Shown in pieces: positions 9,498-19,050 of a stretch of 50,184 nucleotides of DNA (position 1 is its first letter; each line of letters begins with the position of its first letter). The stretch is from Candidatus Bathyarchaeia archaeon (GTDB lineage: Archaea; Thermoproteota; Bathyarchaeia; Bathyarchaeales; Bathycorpusculaceae), in assembly GCA_049515895.1 (NCBI GenBank), contig JBEKTQ010000026.1:1-50184 (forward strand), given 5' to 3'. Both the position numbers and the translations under genes were made by a program. The notes beneath the pieces are model-generated. The model saw nothing but the letters and a program-made list of their open reading frames with translations, made no database searches and had not been told where the DNA came from.

Positions 9498-9904
9498 ATC
9501 ATCTATGAAAAGCAACACCAAGAATAACATCCTCTCTAACCGTACCCTTTTCTCTTACTTGACATTATACTGCTAATCATGTTCTCTTTTAGGTATAGAT
9601 TACCGTACCCTTCATCAAAAAGAATCTTGCCTCTTCTCCTACTTGACTCCTGCCCTACGTCCGCGCGAGCAGAGCGAGCATCCCACCGCTACTCACCGTA
9701 ATATTTTTTTTTTGATTAAAACTTAATCCAACCAACCACAACTACTAACAAACTCAAACAAACCTACCTACACACACATACAACAGTTGATCAATTTATC
9801 CTATCTCAATTCTCTATTGACGGAGATAGACAAGGACAGAAAAAATCAGAGCTAAGGCTAGCCTAGATCGCAGACCCCAAAAAGAAAGCGCCCGCACACG
9901 GAGA

Positions 9905-10525
9905 TCAGCTGTACAATTTTCCGTTCAGCCATGTTAAAGGGCCAGTGTACGCTTGAGCTCCGACGTTGACGATGGTGCTGAAAATCGTCGAAGGAAGCGC
10001 TAGAACATAAAGCCCGTTGTCCGCCCCAGAAGTTACGGTATAGTTCACATCTACCTGATGAATGCTAATCAATGTTATGCTTGATATAGTAACCCTTAAT
10101 CCTGAGTCGGCGCCAAGAGTGCCATTCAACAGATTAACCTTAAGCGCGGGAACAGGGTCTGTGAAGAAAGACATTGTTAAATTGTTGGATGAGGTGTACG
10201 AGACCGTGATTTGACCCACGCTGTTAGGTAACAAGACAAATTCAATCGTTCCGGATGTCGGATTCACAACCGTCACAAACCCGCTTTCGCTAGGAAAAGA
10301 CACAGTTGCAAATATGCTGGGACCATTGGACGGACCAACTGTCCCTACAGGAGGTGTTTGGGTAGATGCCTGACCAACTGTTACTTCAGGAGATGTTTGC
10401 GTAGATGCCTGATGTATGTACCCAAGTCCGTAGTAAAGTGAAACCAACAGTAACGCAAAAAGAATCAATGCTATGTCAAATAGGACTACCCGTTTCTTCA
10501 TATCTCTTTGCATTTGAATGATCAC
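9905..10525 (-). CDS. Hypothetical membrane-anchored exported protein
   Basis: N-terminal TM helix, short QASTQT..V.TVG duplication, Ser/Thr/Val-rich beta-type body. Confidence 0.7.
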   Translation of the reverse strand: MIIQMQRDMKKRVVLFDIALILFALLLVSLYYGLGYIHQASTQTSPEVTVGQASTQTPPVGTVGPSNGPSIFATVSFPSESGFVTVVNPTSGTIEFVLLPNSVGQITVSYTSSNNLTMSFFTDPVPALKVNLLNGTLGADSGLRVTISSITLISIHQVDVNYTVTSGADNGLYVLALPSTIFSTIVNVGAQAYTGPLTWLNGKLYS

Positions 10526-10920
10526 TCAACGTTAGTAATAGACCCTGAAGTACTTTATACTATAGCATAGTACATCCTGTGCCAGAAATTGGAACACTTT
10601 TTAGTTTCATCACCTTTCAATTGGTTAGCTCAATTCATGAATGACACACGCGCATGAAAGCGCGCGCTCGGAACCACAATTTTTTTTGAATGTAACTGGG
10701 GACGGAATAATCCCTGCAGTTGCTGGAGGGGGATCCCAGCACCAATTTGCCATGAAAATCGTTGGCTTAACCCGAGAAATTCTCATGCCACTTCTATTGA
10801 AGCTTGCTTACCAGTAAAAGATGTTGAGAATGAATCGGACGTATCCCCTATCACAGCGTTGATTGAGAATCGTGAGCGAACATTCCAACTTAGCGTGTGC
10901 CAAGTGGGCGTCCTTAGGGA

Positions 10921-12870
10921 CTATTGACCGTTGTAGTATCTGATTAACGGTGGATGTAATGGGTCATTTGGATTCATCATTCTAACGAACGCATTAAGCT
11001 CAGTTGGAGGCTCTACATAATCTGTTTCAATTATAATGAATTGAGTATCTTGCAATGGACCTTCAGCAAGTCTATAGAGATATTGATAGAACGATTCAAA
11101 TATCTCTAGATTTACTCCCTTGCCTACATTTTTCATCGGCGAATCAATGATTAGGAAATTAGGAAGGGGCAAGTCATTCTCTGCAGCCACTTTATGGATA
11201 GCAAGCGCATAGCAAACAGTTAAGATGGTTTTTTTACCACCGCTGCCAGCATTAAAAAAATCCAAAACGTTTTCCTTCTTTCCATGCTCTAAAATATATG
11301 GAATCCAATTAGCACGGTCGATTTCAACAACGTCATCCTCATAAATCCCTGGCAACTTGATTGCAATAAGAGCTTCAAGATAGCTTCTAGCTATTTGCTT
11401 GACCAACTGTTCTGAGGTTTTTAGTGTTTTTTCTTCTTGGTCCACTTCAAGTTTCAGTCGCTCTTCTTCTGAGAAAAGTATTGAGAGATCATCCTCCATT
11501 TTGCTAACTTCTTTGGGTAGTTCAATAGTTTTTTTGAGATTTCTGATCCTTTCTTCTAGAGAGGCGACCTCATGTTCCTTCTCTCTTGTTTCAGCGACAA
11601 AGTTAGAATCGTAAGACCTAAGCGCATCTGCAAGTTTTTTGTCAGCTGCATTCTTTTTCTCTCTTAATTCCAAGTATGCCCTTTTTTGCTCTTGCTGAGC
11701 TTTTTTCTGACGTTCAATAGAGTCTTCAAGCTCAAAAATCCTCGAATCTAGATCAAGTTTCAAAGCGTCCTCTTTAACATCTTTACCTTCACTTTCGTTA
11801 GTCGCTTCCTTGCATAATGGGCAAACGCTTTGCCCAGATTGAGCCCTAGTTAAAACCTTGTTACCACAGGCAGGGCATACTTCAAAATGCACGTTTTCGA
11901 ATACGTTTTTTGCCGAAAGAGTACGGACTAACTTGAACTTAGACGCAATAAGCTCCGCCCTCAAGGATTCCTGTTCATTAATCCTTGTTCTGAGGTCAAT
12001 TAAATTTTGTTCGGTATCAGATAATTCCTTTTCTAATCCTCTGAGGAGTTGCCGCTGATCATCAACGAAATGAGTCTCCTTCGCATATCCCTGATGCATT
12101 TGTTGGACTTCCGCGACGGCACTCGATAATTGAAACTCAACTCCCTGTATCTCTTCAAGCAATTGATTCTCAGAGCTATAACCTAATCTTTCCAGAAACA
12201 ATTTGACATTCTCAATTTCGCTCGTTTTCTTTCCTTTTAATTGACGAACCACGTCCAATTGACCCTTGAGTGCTGAAAGCCTATCCGTATATGCTCCCGT
12301 GATGAAATCGAGTATGTAACGGCTATTCCGCAGTTTGTAATCGGTTTTTAGCCAGAAGAATGCTGAATCCATTACGTTTTGCTCTAAGTAGCAATACCAC
12401 ATGAAATTCCGAAAGCTCAGTCTCACTGTCTGCTCCTCGTTGGCAGCCTTGCTTTTTGGTATCCTCAGCGCCTCTTCTCCCGCAAGATAGAAGAGCAAAT
12501 CATTGAGATTTTTTATGTCGTTTTTCCATATAGGAACAGGTGATTCTCCTATCGGTGCAAGCACGCTCCCATATTGACCCTCTCTATTTGTCCAGCTAAC
12601 TTGCACTTGAGAACCATATGCTTGACGTTCAAAGATTGTTTCGTTCTCGCCAATTGTAGCTTTAAGCTCTACTGCAACCATTTCGCTTTTAATTGCGGGG
12701 GTTCTTTCAAGTTCACCACCCAAACAATAGTCAATCAAACGTGCAATCGTGGATTTACCTGACGATAACTTTCCATAGAATAGTGACAGTGTTGAAGAAA
12801 ACTCTATGGTCTCAACGGATTGCTTGCATGTCAATGTAAGAGTTTTAAAACGCACCTTGAACTTGATCAT
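10921..12870 (-). CDS. lmuB: SMC-like ABC ATPase of a Lamassu/ABC-three-component system (LmuB-like)
   Basis: Walker A GKLSSGKST, long coiled coil with central CPAC...CPLC, signature GSGGKK, Walker B LIIDSP; overlaps the upstream gene by 4 bp. Confidence 0.8.
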   Translation of the reverse strand: MIKFKVRFKTLTLTCKQSVETIEFSSTLSLFYGKLSSGKSTIARLIDYCLGGELERTPAIKSEMVAVELKATIGENETIFERQAYGSQVQVSWTNREGQYGSVLAPIGESPVPIWKNDIKNLNDLLFYLAGEEALRIPKSKAANEEQTVRLSFRNFMWYCYLEQNVMDSAFFWLKTDYKLRNSRYILDFITGAYTDRLSALKGQLDVVRQLKGKKTSEIENVKLFLERLGYSSENQLLEEIQGVEFQLSSAVAEVQQMHQGYAKETHFVDDQRQLLRGLEKELSDTEQNLIDLRTRINEQESLRAELIASKFKLVRTLSAKNVFENVHFEVCPACGNKVLTRAQSGQSVCPLCKEATNESEGKDVKEDALKLDLDSRIFELEDSIERQKKAQQEQKRAYLELREKKNAADKKLADALRSYDSNFVAETREKEHEVASLEERIRNLKKTIELPKEVSKMEDDLSILFSEEERLKLEVDQEEKTLKTSEQLVKQIARSYLEALIAIKLPGIYEDDVVEIDRANWIPYILEHGKKENVLDFFNAGSGGKKTILTVCYALAIHKVAAENDLPLPNFLIIDSPMKNVGKGVNLEIFESFYQYLYRLAEGPLQDTQFIIIETDYVEPPTELNAFVRMMNPNDPLHPPLIRYYNGQ

Positions 12871-13415
12871 ATCTTGATTTTCTCCCCGCTCTTTAGTGAG
12901 GTTATCTCTGGAAATGTTTCATAAATAAAAGATCGCAAGTTAGTGCCACTCTCATCAAAAAATCTTTTAAGTATATGGGCCCTGTTGACGGTGATTTCAA
13001 ATTCTTCAGAACGAGTTAGTTCATCAGCGACTTGAATGCCTTTGCAAGTCAGCCCTATATAGACGGTTCGTCCCTCTTTCCTAATTTCGCATAAACCCAT
13101 GCCTATTAGCAAGTTTAGAAAAGTATCATAGCGAGGGTCCCAAGGTCCATACTTGTAGCGTATCATTGCAGATTCAACGCTTCTTCGCTCATATTCCAAA
13201 ATTGCAAGATTATCAATTGGTTGATTTCTTTTCATTAGGGCTTGTTCTAAGTAAACAGGATAGCGAAGTAGAAAATCAAGCTTAACGAGTTTTGTTTTTC
13301 CTGCAACTTCGTCGGTTCCATTCTTGCCTGCAAAGGCCCTAAGAAGAACGAGAAGTCTTGCAGTATGTAACTTAGGGTCATCTTCAAGTTTCGCTAATTC
13401 CTTAAAAAGGCTCAT
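12867..13415 (-). CDS. lmuC: Middle component of the ABC-three-component system (LmuC-like)
   Basis: KLVKLDFLLRYP and MIRYKYGPWDPRY motifs; sits between the effector and the ATPase with overlapping ends. Confidence 0.7.
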   Translation of the reverse strand: MSLFKELAKLEDDPKLHTARLLVLLRAFAGKNGTDEVAGKTKLVKLDFLLRYPVYLEQALMKRNQPIDNLAILEYERRSVESAMIRYKYGPWDPRYDTFLNLLIGMGLCEIRKEGRTVYIGLTCKGIQVADELTRSEEFEITVNRAHILKRFFDESGTNLRSFIYETFPEITSLKSGEKIKI

Positions 13416-14658
13416 TCTCTTCCTCCTTTGTTAGATCAAACCGTTCGCTCCACCAAATTTTGCAATCTTCAGTTAAAATGCCAGCAATCCCTAGCAGTTG
13501 TGGATAACTCATTTCATGGTATTGATTCTTGACTTGAGAGTCAAAGGCAATATGCAATTTATCACGCGCTAGCCCTAGCATTCTCTCTCCGTATAGTTCG
13601 TTAGGCTTTTTAGCAGAGTCATGGGCCTCTTGGCATTCATTCCAAACCAAAACCGAAAGATTGTCTGCATGCTTTTCCGCCTCAATTCTTCCACGCTTAT
13701 GAAGCCATTCAATGAATAGATACTGAGCGGACCAATTGTTATTTTTCATAAGGTCAATGTTGGAGTTGTCGATACCGCCTCGTATCATTTTTCGCTCCAA
13801 TATCTTAGTTGCGTTTTGTGTGAGCAGTATGGGCTTTGGCTCAATACTTTTTAAAAGTATTACAGAATCGGCACACTGACTTAAGCGATTCTCAATCATG
13901 GCAGGAGTAATTCTCTTGTTTTCAATTATCGCTTGATTAACAGTAGCTTGCGGATTTTGAAGCATACCGTAGTAGGAAGGCTTGGATAAATCGGTTGAAC
14001 GGCAGGCTGCGGCAGATGTAAGCCCGATTAACTCTTCAGCCATGTTAGACAAAACATACGCAGGCTGAGTTTGACTGTTTGTTATTTTTGATAAGTCATC
14101 AGCAAGGATAGCTTTGTAGTGGTCAAGGTCTGCCCAATCTACTAACCTCACTTTATTGAGCGTTGACAAAGCTTGCTTCTTACTACAATTTGCCAGCCCA
14201 GTCAAAGTTTCGATTTTGCCGGAAAACATATGACCCTTTTTGTCGATTCGAACTTTGCCTCTCTGCAAAAGATCAAGAGCATGACTCAAGTCTGAGCTAT
14301 CCCTGCTTGACGCAAAACCACAATTTGTTGCAAGATGGAAGCTCCCAAAGGATTTAGGAAAGTCACTATCAAGCCGGATGAATTTCTTCAGACTCTGAAG
14401 TATCTCATCGTCGCCGAATCTGAACGGGCCCAGAGACTTTTGTTTAGTTTTGACTTGGACCCCGATAAATTTGCCACTCTTGCATTTTACCAAAACGTCC
14501 TCATACTGCTCACAATAAATGCATTCATAAGGAGAGCTTTCTCCAAGAAGCTGGAGCGCAACATAGGCTGCATATGCCGCTTGATATCGAAAACGGTTCT
14601 GAGTATTATCCCCTGTGTCACTTGTATCTGTCGACTGGTCAGGGGCTTTATTTGACAA
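13402..14658 (-). CDS. lmuA: Cap4/DUF4297-like PD-(D/E)xK nuclease effector with ABC-3C C-terminal domain (LmuA-like)
   Basis: G....RFRYQ, E.YEDV, QVKT nuclease motifs; C-terminal LGIAGILTEDCKIWWS. Confidence 0.8.
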   Translation of the reverse strand: MSNKAPDQSTDTSDTGDNTQNRFRYQAAYAAYVALQLLGESSPYECIYCEQYEDVLVKCKSGKFIGVQVKTKQKSLGPFRFGDDEILQSLKKFIRLDSDFPKSFGSFHLATNCGFASSRDSSDLSHALDLLQRGKVRIDKKGHMFSGKIETLTGLANCSKKQALSTLNKVRLVDWADLDHYKAILADDLSKITNSQTQPAYVLSNMAEELIGLTSAAACRSTDLSKPSYYGMLQNPQATVNQAIIENKRITPAMIENRLSQCADSVILLKSIEPKPILLTQNATKILERKMIRGGIDNSNIDLMKNNNWSAQYLFIEWLHKRGRIEAEKHADNLSVLVWNECQEAHDSAKKPNELYGERMLGLARDKLHIAFDSQVKNQYHEMSYPQLLGIAGILTEDCKIWWSERFDLTKEEENEPF

Positions 14659-14885
14659 GGTTCCTCTTCAACCGAAGGGTATTATTCAGATGATGAATTG
14701 CTAATTGGAGCAGTTGCAATATAAGTTTTTAGAAAAAAGTATTGTACAAAAAGAGAGACGTGAAAAGGGCGGCTTAAGCTCCCTCTTTTCTATATTTGGT
14801 TGTATCGATTTCTTTGCATTGACTGACTGAGCGGCTGACTGCACTCGGAGGAGTGCGCACTTTCGCTTCCTTCTTTACATGCTCC

Positions 14886-14912
14886 GCGCGCTGGTTTGTC
14901 CCTATTTTAGGT
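14886..14912 (+). repeat. Solo GCGCGC-type element end
   Basis: GCGCGCTGGTTTGTCCCT differs by one base from 4759 (GCGCGCTGGCTTGTCCCT). Confidence 0.7.
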
Positions 14913-15084
14913 ATTGAAGAATAGTCGCTATCGTTGATTATTTGCTGAGCTGGCTACTTCTCCTTCAGAATCAAACATGACCGAATAGGCCATCGAAAGT
15001 CCTGTTCTAAAGAGTGGTGTTAAATACTGCTTAGATTCTAGGTCTTTCCGAGGAAATCATTGGTTAATTCGCTAAAAGCTTAGA

Positions 15085-15630
15085 GTGAGTTTGATGAGAA
15101 TCCGCGCAATAATAATCATTGCCTTAATGGTGATAGCGCCTGTAGTAGGTGTCTTGTTAGCAATAAATCTTACAGAACCACCTTCAAACCTTTCAAACGG
15201 AATCCCCGGACTCCCTTCAAGCTACGTATTACTAGACAGCCCCTCAGGGTACTTCAATGGAACGAAACTCTTTCTGGTCTCAGCCAAGTACACGTATGGA
15301 ACGCATAATGGGCAAGCTTGCTTTATAATATATGCCACGGTTAGAAACGATTACACCGCACAACAGCCGCCTCCAATGGATAACTTCCCCGGTAACAGTT
15401 CAGGGACTGCTTATTTTGGCTTGACAGCGAAGCTTTACGGCCAGACTGGTCTGATTGCGGCAAGGGATGTTACGAGCCCTGGGTCGACGCCATTGGGGGT
15501 TCCTGAAGTTGGTTTGGACAGCGGTCAAACTTACACATACCAGATAGACATGGCGACCTCCAACGCGCGTGCTAATGTTGACAACTACAGTATCGACCTT
15601 GTTGCTATTGCTGGCTATCCGATACCATGA
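15085..15630 (+). CDS. Hypothetical membrane-anchored exported protein
   Basis: N-terminal hydrophobic helix followed by a beta-rich domain. Confidence 0.75.
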   Translation: MSLMRIRAIIIIALMVIAPVVGVLLAINLTEPPSNLSNGIPGLPSSYVLLDSPSGYFNGTKLFLVSAKYTYGTHNGQACFIIYATVRNDYTAQQPPPMDNFPGNSSGTAYFGLTAKLYGQTGLIAARDVTSPGSTPLGVPEVGLDSGQTYTYQIDMATSNARANVDNYSIDLVAIAGYPIP

Positions 15631-15691
15631 GCGAATCAGTTTCGATGGAACCGAATTGCATTTTCCATGCAGGTGCAACCTCATCTCGATA

Positions 15692-16105
15692 TTATGTGTT
15701 GAAATAAGTCGGTGACACAGCTATGTCTTTTCTCCCGGTGTTTTGAGCGGCTTCCCTGTTTAAAACCAAACATAAGATGCTAAACAATGCGTAAGTAGCC
15801 GCCTGCTTCAAACCTCTAACCTTGTTAACAACCATGCTGCACTGAGTCTTTAGGAAACTATTCACTGCTTCAATTGACGGTCGCTTATGATACTCCCGCT
15901 TCTGATCCTCGGGCCCGTAAGTCCTAAACTTCTTATCAACCCGTAAGACACTCCTATCGCCTCGTTTCTGGTTTGTTGGATAAGGAATAACTGTGCTGTC
16001 AACGGCAGCTCTGAGGTTTCCGCCACTATACTGGCCTTCTGCTATCAGGCTTCTCAGCTTTGTCCCCGAGTTCGTAAGAACGCTGCATAAAGTCAGACCA
16101 GCCAA
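15692..16105 (-). pseudogene. C-terminal fragment of a DDE transposase related to 1..746
   Basis: LIAEGQYS and VIPYPTNQ match LVADSQYS and VIPYPANQ; Y.KR.SIE.VNS.LK and VRGL motifs present; N-terminal half absent. Confidence 0.8.
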
Positions 16106-16183
16106 TGGTGCTTATTTTTGAAAGTCTTGATTGTAAGCAGGCCTATCAATTCGATTGATTTCAATTTTGAGTTCTGTAAGGCA

Positions 16184-16636
16184 TTATTGCGTTTTCAGAA
16201 ATGCTTGTTCGCCGCCGTCTTGGCATGGAGTTAATCCAAGTTTCTTGGCCACTCGAAAGCTTGCAGCTTCAATTTCACGCCAGGGCTTGCAGGTCATTTG
16301 CACTAAATGAGCCGAAAGTACGAATTGCCTTTGGCTTAAAAGCTCATGGAAAGCGTCTTCTATTGTCTTTTCTAAGAAATCAAAGTCTGAAAAAGCGTAC
16401 ATTCCGTCAACGCATTTGATAATTTCGTTTTCTTGAAGAAGGCTGACAGTTCGGTAAAAGGTGCTGCCCTGTACGCCGGTGACTTTGCAAAGTTCTTCTT
16501 TGGTTTGGGGCTGCTTCTTCCGAAGGGCCGCCATAATTTTTGCGTCAGAGCTAAGCTCACTTCTTTTGTAGGCTCTTTTCACAAATGTCTTTTCCACTTC
16601 AGGCTGCCTCCCCGGTCCTCCGCTCATGCATAACAC
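16184..16636 (-). CDS. Winged-helix DNA-binding protein (start may be ATG at 16627)
   Basis: KIMAALRKKQPQTKEELCKVTGVQGSTFYRTVSLL HTH pattern; divergent from the terminase operon. Confidence 0.75.
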   Translation of the reverse strand: MLCMSGGPGRQPEVEKTFVKRAYKRSELSSDAKIMAALRKKQPQTKEELCKVTGVQGSTFYRTVSLLQENEIIKCVDGMYAFSDFDFLEKTIEDAFHELLSQRQFVLSAHLVQMTCKPWREIEAASFRVAKKLGLTPCQDGGEQAFLKTQ

Positions 16637-16643
16637 CTCGTAT

Positions 16644-16689
16644 TGTCAAAATTGACACTAAAACTAATGTTAACTTGTCAAGTTTGACA
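16644..16689. promoter_or_regulatory. Two palindromic operators TGTCAA-N2-TTGACA (16644-16657, 16676-16689)
   Basis: Read directly; 32 bp apart in the divergent intergenic region. Confidence 0.7.
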
Positions 16690-16745
16690 CTTAAAGTTTG
16701 AGTATTTTCTCAGCTTATCGAACTTTCAAGAATTGAAGTGGAAAA

Positions 16746-17153
16746 ATGGATCTTAATCTGTTAAGGCGCCGAGTAGAAATGCTGGACACAGTCTGCAAAG
16801 GCTTCCATCCATCGGCTGTGATAAGTCAGCTTGCTGAAAAATATCATGTTTCCGAGGGGTGTCTTTGGACCGATTGGGGACGACGCAAGAAATGGGTTCC
16901 TATAATATTGAACTTGGGGAAGTACGGTGAATTTGCCCAGGACATGGAGACCAAGCTTAATGCTGTCCAGAAAGCGGCGTGGAGCATCTACCTTCGAGCG
17001 GAAAATGATAATGCGCGTGTAGGCGCATTAAAAGTTGTTCTTGAAAGCCTCGAGATCCACAGCAACGCGATCTTGTCAAAAGAAGTTATTTCACGGCTTG
17101 AACGTGTCGAAGGAATTGCTGACAAGAAAGCAAAGGAGACTGAAAAAACTTGA
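16746..17153 (+). CDS. HTH protein, putative terminase small subunit
   Basis: N-terminal HTH (QLAEKYHVSEGCLWTDW), ARVGALK helix, first gene of an operon ending in TerL. Confidence 0.5.
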   Translation: MDLNLLRRRVEMLDTVCKGFHPSAVISQLAEKYHVSEGCLWTDWGRRKKWVPIILNLGKYGEFAQDMETKLNAVQKAAWSIYLRAENDNARVGALKVVLESLEIHSNAILSKEVISRLERVEGIADKKAKETEKT

Positions 17154-17367
17154 ATGCGGAAAAGGTGATGAAGCGTTTAAAGGCAGCAGAAAAAAGTTAG
17201 CCCCCGCAGAGAAAAAATTTGTTATCATGGACTTTGACGGCTCCTACTTTGGCGATTGCGGATCAAGCATTTCTCAAGAACAACTTGCCGGCTGGTTGGA
17301 AAAACAAGAGCCGACTGCCGAGATAACAATCATAAAGTACTTGACCGAGGTGCTGTGTGTTGACTGA
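17150..17367 (+). pseudogene. Small viral-type protein, apparently frameshifted at an A6 run
   Basis: TTG at 17150 gives MNAEKVMKRLKAAEKS*; one extra A at 17190-17195 continues into KLAPAEKKFVIMDFDG... Confidence 0.5.
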
Positions 17368-17926
17368 AAACAAAACAACTATAAAAGTCCCTGATGCGTA
17401 CCTGCCTCTCCTAGAAGACTTAAGGCTCCTGAAAAGCGACGATAACAACCCAAACAAAATGACGCTAAAACAGAAAGGACAGGTCTGGAATAGCCTGCAG
17501 AAATACGGGTGGACTTACCCGATCATAACTAACAAGGACGGCATTTTCGCAGATGGGGAACAAAGAGCAAGCGTCTGCATTGAACATGGCGAGTTTTTCG
17601 CTCCCGTTTTGCGTTTGCCAGTTTCTGACGTTGACCGACGGATACTAAGGCAAATCCTCAATAAACTCAAAGGGACGCACAGCAAGGAACTTGACAGCGC
17701 CGAATACCTTCGCATCATAGAAGCCGGGGAAAAAGACTGCCTAAAAGCCCTGCTCGATTCCATTGGTGAAAAGCTGCCGCAGGAAAACGACCAGGTCTCC
17801 GAAGGTCCAACTACTATACCTGACAGCTATGAGCTACTCATAGAATGTAAGGATGAGACTGAACAAAAGCGTTTCTTTGATACGCTAAAGGCTGAAGGCT
17901 ACCATGTCAGGGTGCTGAATCTATAG
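17357..17926 (+). CDS. ParB/Srx-like N-terminal domain protein
   Basis: NPNKM...SLQKYGW..PII.....ADGEQR pattern. Confidence 0.75.
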   Translation: MLTENKTTIKVPDAYLPLLEDLRLLKSDDNNPNKMTLKQKGQVWNSLQKYGWTYPIITNKDGIFADGEQRASVCIEHGEFFAPVLRLPVSDVDRRILRQILNKLKGTHSKELDSAEYLRIIEAGEKDCLKALLDSIGEKLPQENDQVSEGPTTIPDSYELLIECKDETEQKRFFDTLKAEGYHVRVLNL

Positions 17927-17938
17927 GAGGCGTGCCTT

Positions 17939-18622
17939 ATGAATTTTGAACTTTCATATGATTGGAGTGAGCCGAAAAGTTTCCGAGCTCAAAGCGTTGT
18001 TGGCAGCTTCACGCTGAGCGACGCTAAATTGCAAAAGTGCTTCAAAGGCTCCTTGCCAATAGAAGATTTTGATTGGCAAATTGGTGTAATAGTCGGTCGT
18101 AGCGGCTCAGGCAAATCAAGCATAGCAAAACACGTTTTCCCAGACTGCTACGTTACAGGATTCCAGTACAGCCACCAATGTGTCCTCGACGACTTCCCAG
18201 AAAACTTGCCGACCAGCGAAATCACGCGCCTGCTCTGCAGTGCCGGCTTTGCGTCGCCTCCAGACTGGCTCAAAGCCTACAATTGCCTAAGCCAAGGAGA
18301 AAAGATGCGTGTTGACATCGCCAGAGCGTTATGCCTTCCTCAGCAGTTGATTGTTTTCGACGAGTTTACATCAGTTGTCGATCGTGAGGTTGCAAAGATC
18401 GCTTCTTTTGCAATCAGCAAGGCAATTAGACGGCTGGACGGCAAGAAGTTCATTGCAGTTACCTGTCACTATGATGTTGTAGACTGGCTGGATCCAGATT
18501 GGGTATTCTGTACTGATACGATGGAGTTTGACCGAAAAAAAGAGTGCGGCCGCCCGTTGAACTCCAAGTTTATCGGTGCGGCAGGTCAATGTGGCAAATG
18601 TTTCGGCAATATCATTATCTGA
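17939..18622 (+). CDS. ABC-type ATPase (N-terminal half of an ABC-GNAT fusion)
   Basis: GRSGSGKSS, LSQGEKMR, VFDEFTSVVDR, VTCHYD motifs. Confidence 0.88.
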   Translation: MNFELSYDWSEPKSFRAQSVVGSFTLSDAKLQKCFKGSLPIEDFDWQIGVIVGRSGSGKSSIAKHVFPDCYVTGFQYSHQCVLDDFPENLPTSEITRLLCSAGFASPPDWLKAYNCLSQGEKMRVDIARALCLPQQLIVFDEFTSVVDREVAKIASFAISKAIRRLDGKKFIAVTCHYDVVDWLDPDWVFCTDTMEFDRKKECGRPLNSKFIGAAGQCGKCFGNIII

Positions 18623-19050
18623 ACGGCAAACTCGGCGCAGGCGTCAGATGCTACACAGCCCTCTACCATGAAAAGCCTGTAGCCTTCATCGCAGTCGCGC
18701 ACATCCATATGAGAGCCAACTTGTTCCGTGTTAGCCGCCTAGTGGTTTTGCCAGATTATCAGGGCATAGGCATAGGTAAACGGCTGCTGAATTTTATTGC
18801 TGAACTCTACACGTCACAGATCACTTTGCCGTTCTATCTGGTAACAAGCAATCCACAGTTCATCCATGGAAATATGAATAACTGGAAAGTGAAACGTGTT
18901 GGACATAGCAACACAGGGAAAAAGGCAAACACGCGAATAAATCTGGGTCTTTCCAAGTCTGCTAGTCGGCAGCGCCTAACGGTTTCACTTCAATACATTC
19001 CAATAGCTGAATCAGCAAAACAAAGCGAACTTTTATGCAAGAAACAATAG
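18544..19050 (+). CDS. GNAT acetyltransferase (probably reached by -1 frameshift from the ABC ORF)
   Basis: W.MFRQYHYL; RLVVLPDYQGIGIG acetyl-CoA binding motif; overlaps the ABC ORF in the -1 frame. Confidence 0.85.
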   Translation: MRPPVELQVYRCGRSMWQMFRQYHYLNGKLGAGVRCYTALYHEKPVAFIAVAHIHMRANLFRVSRLVVLPDYQGIGIGKRLLNFIAELYTSQITLPFYLVTSNPQFIHGNMNNWKVKRVGHSNTGKKANTRINLGLSKSASRQRLTVSLQYIPIAESAKQSELLCKKQ

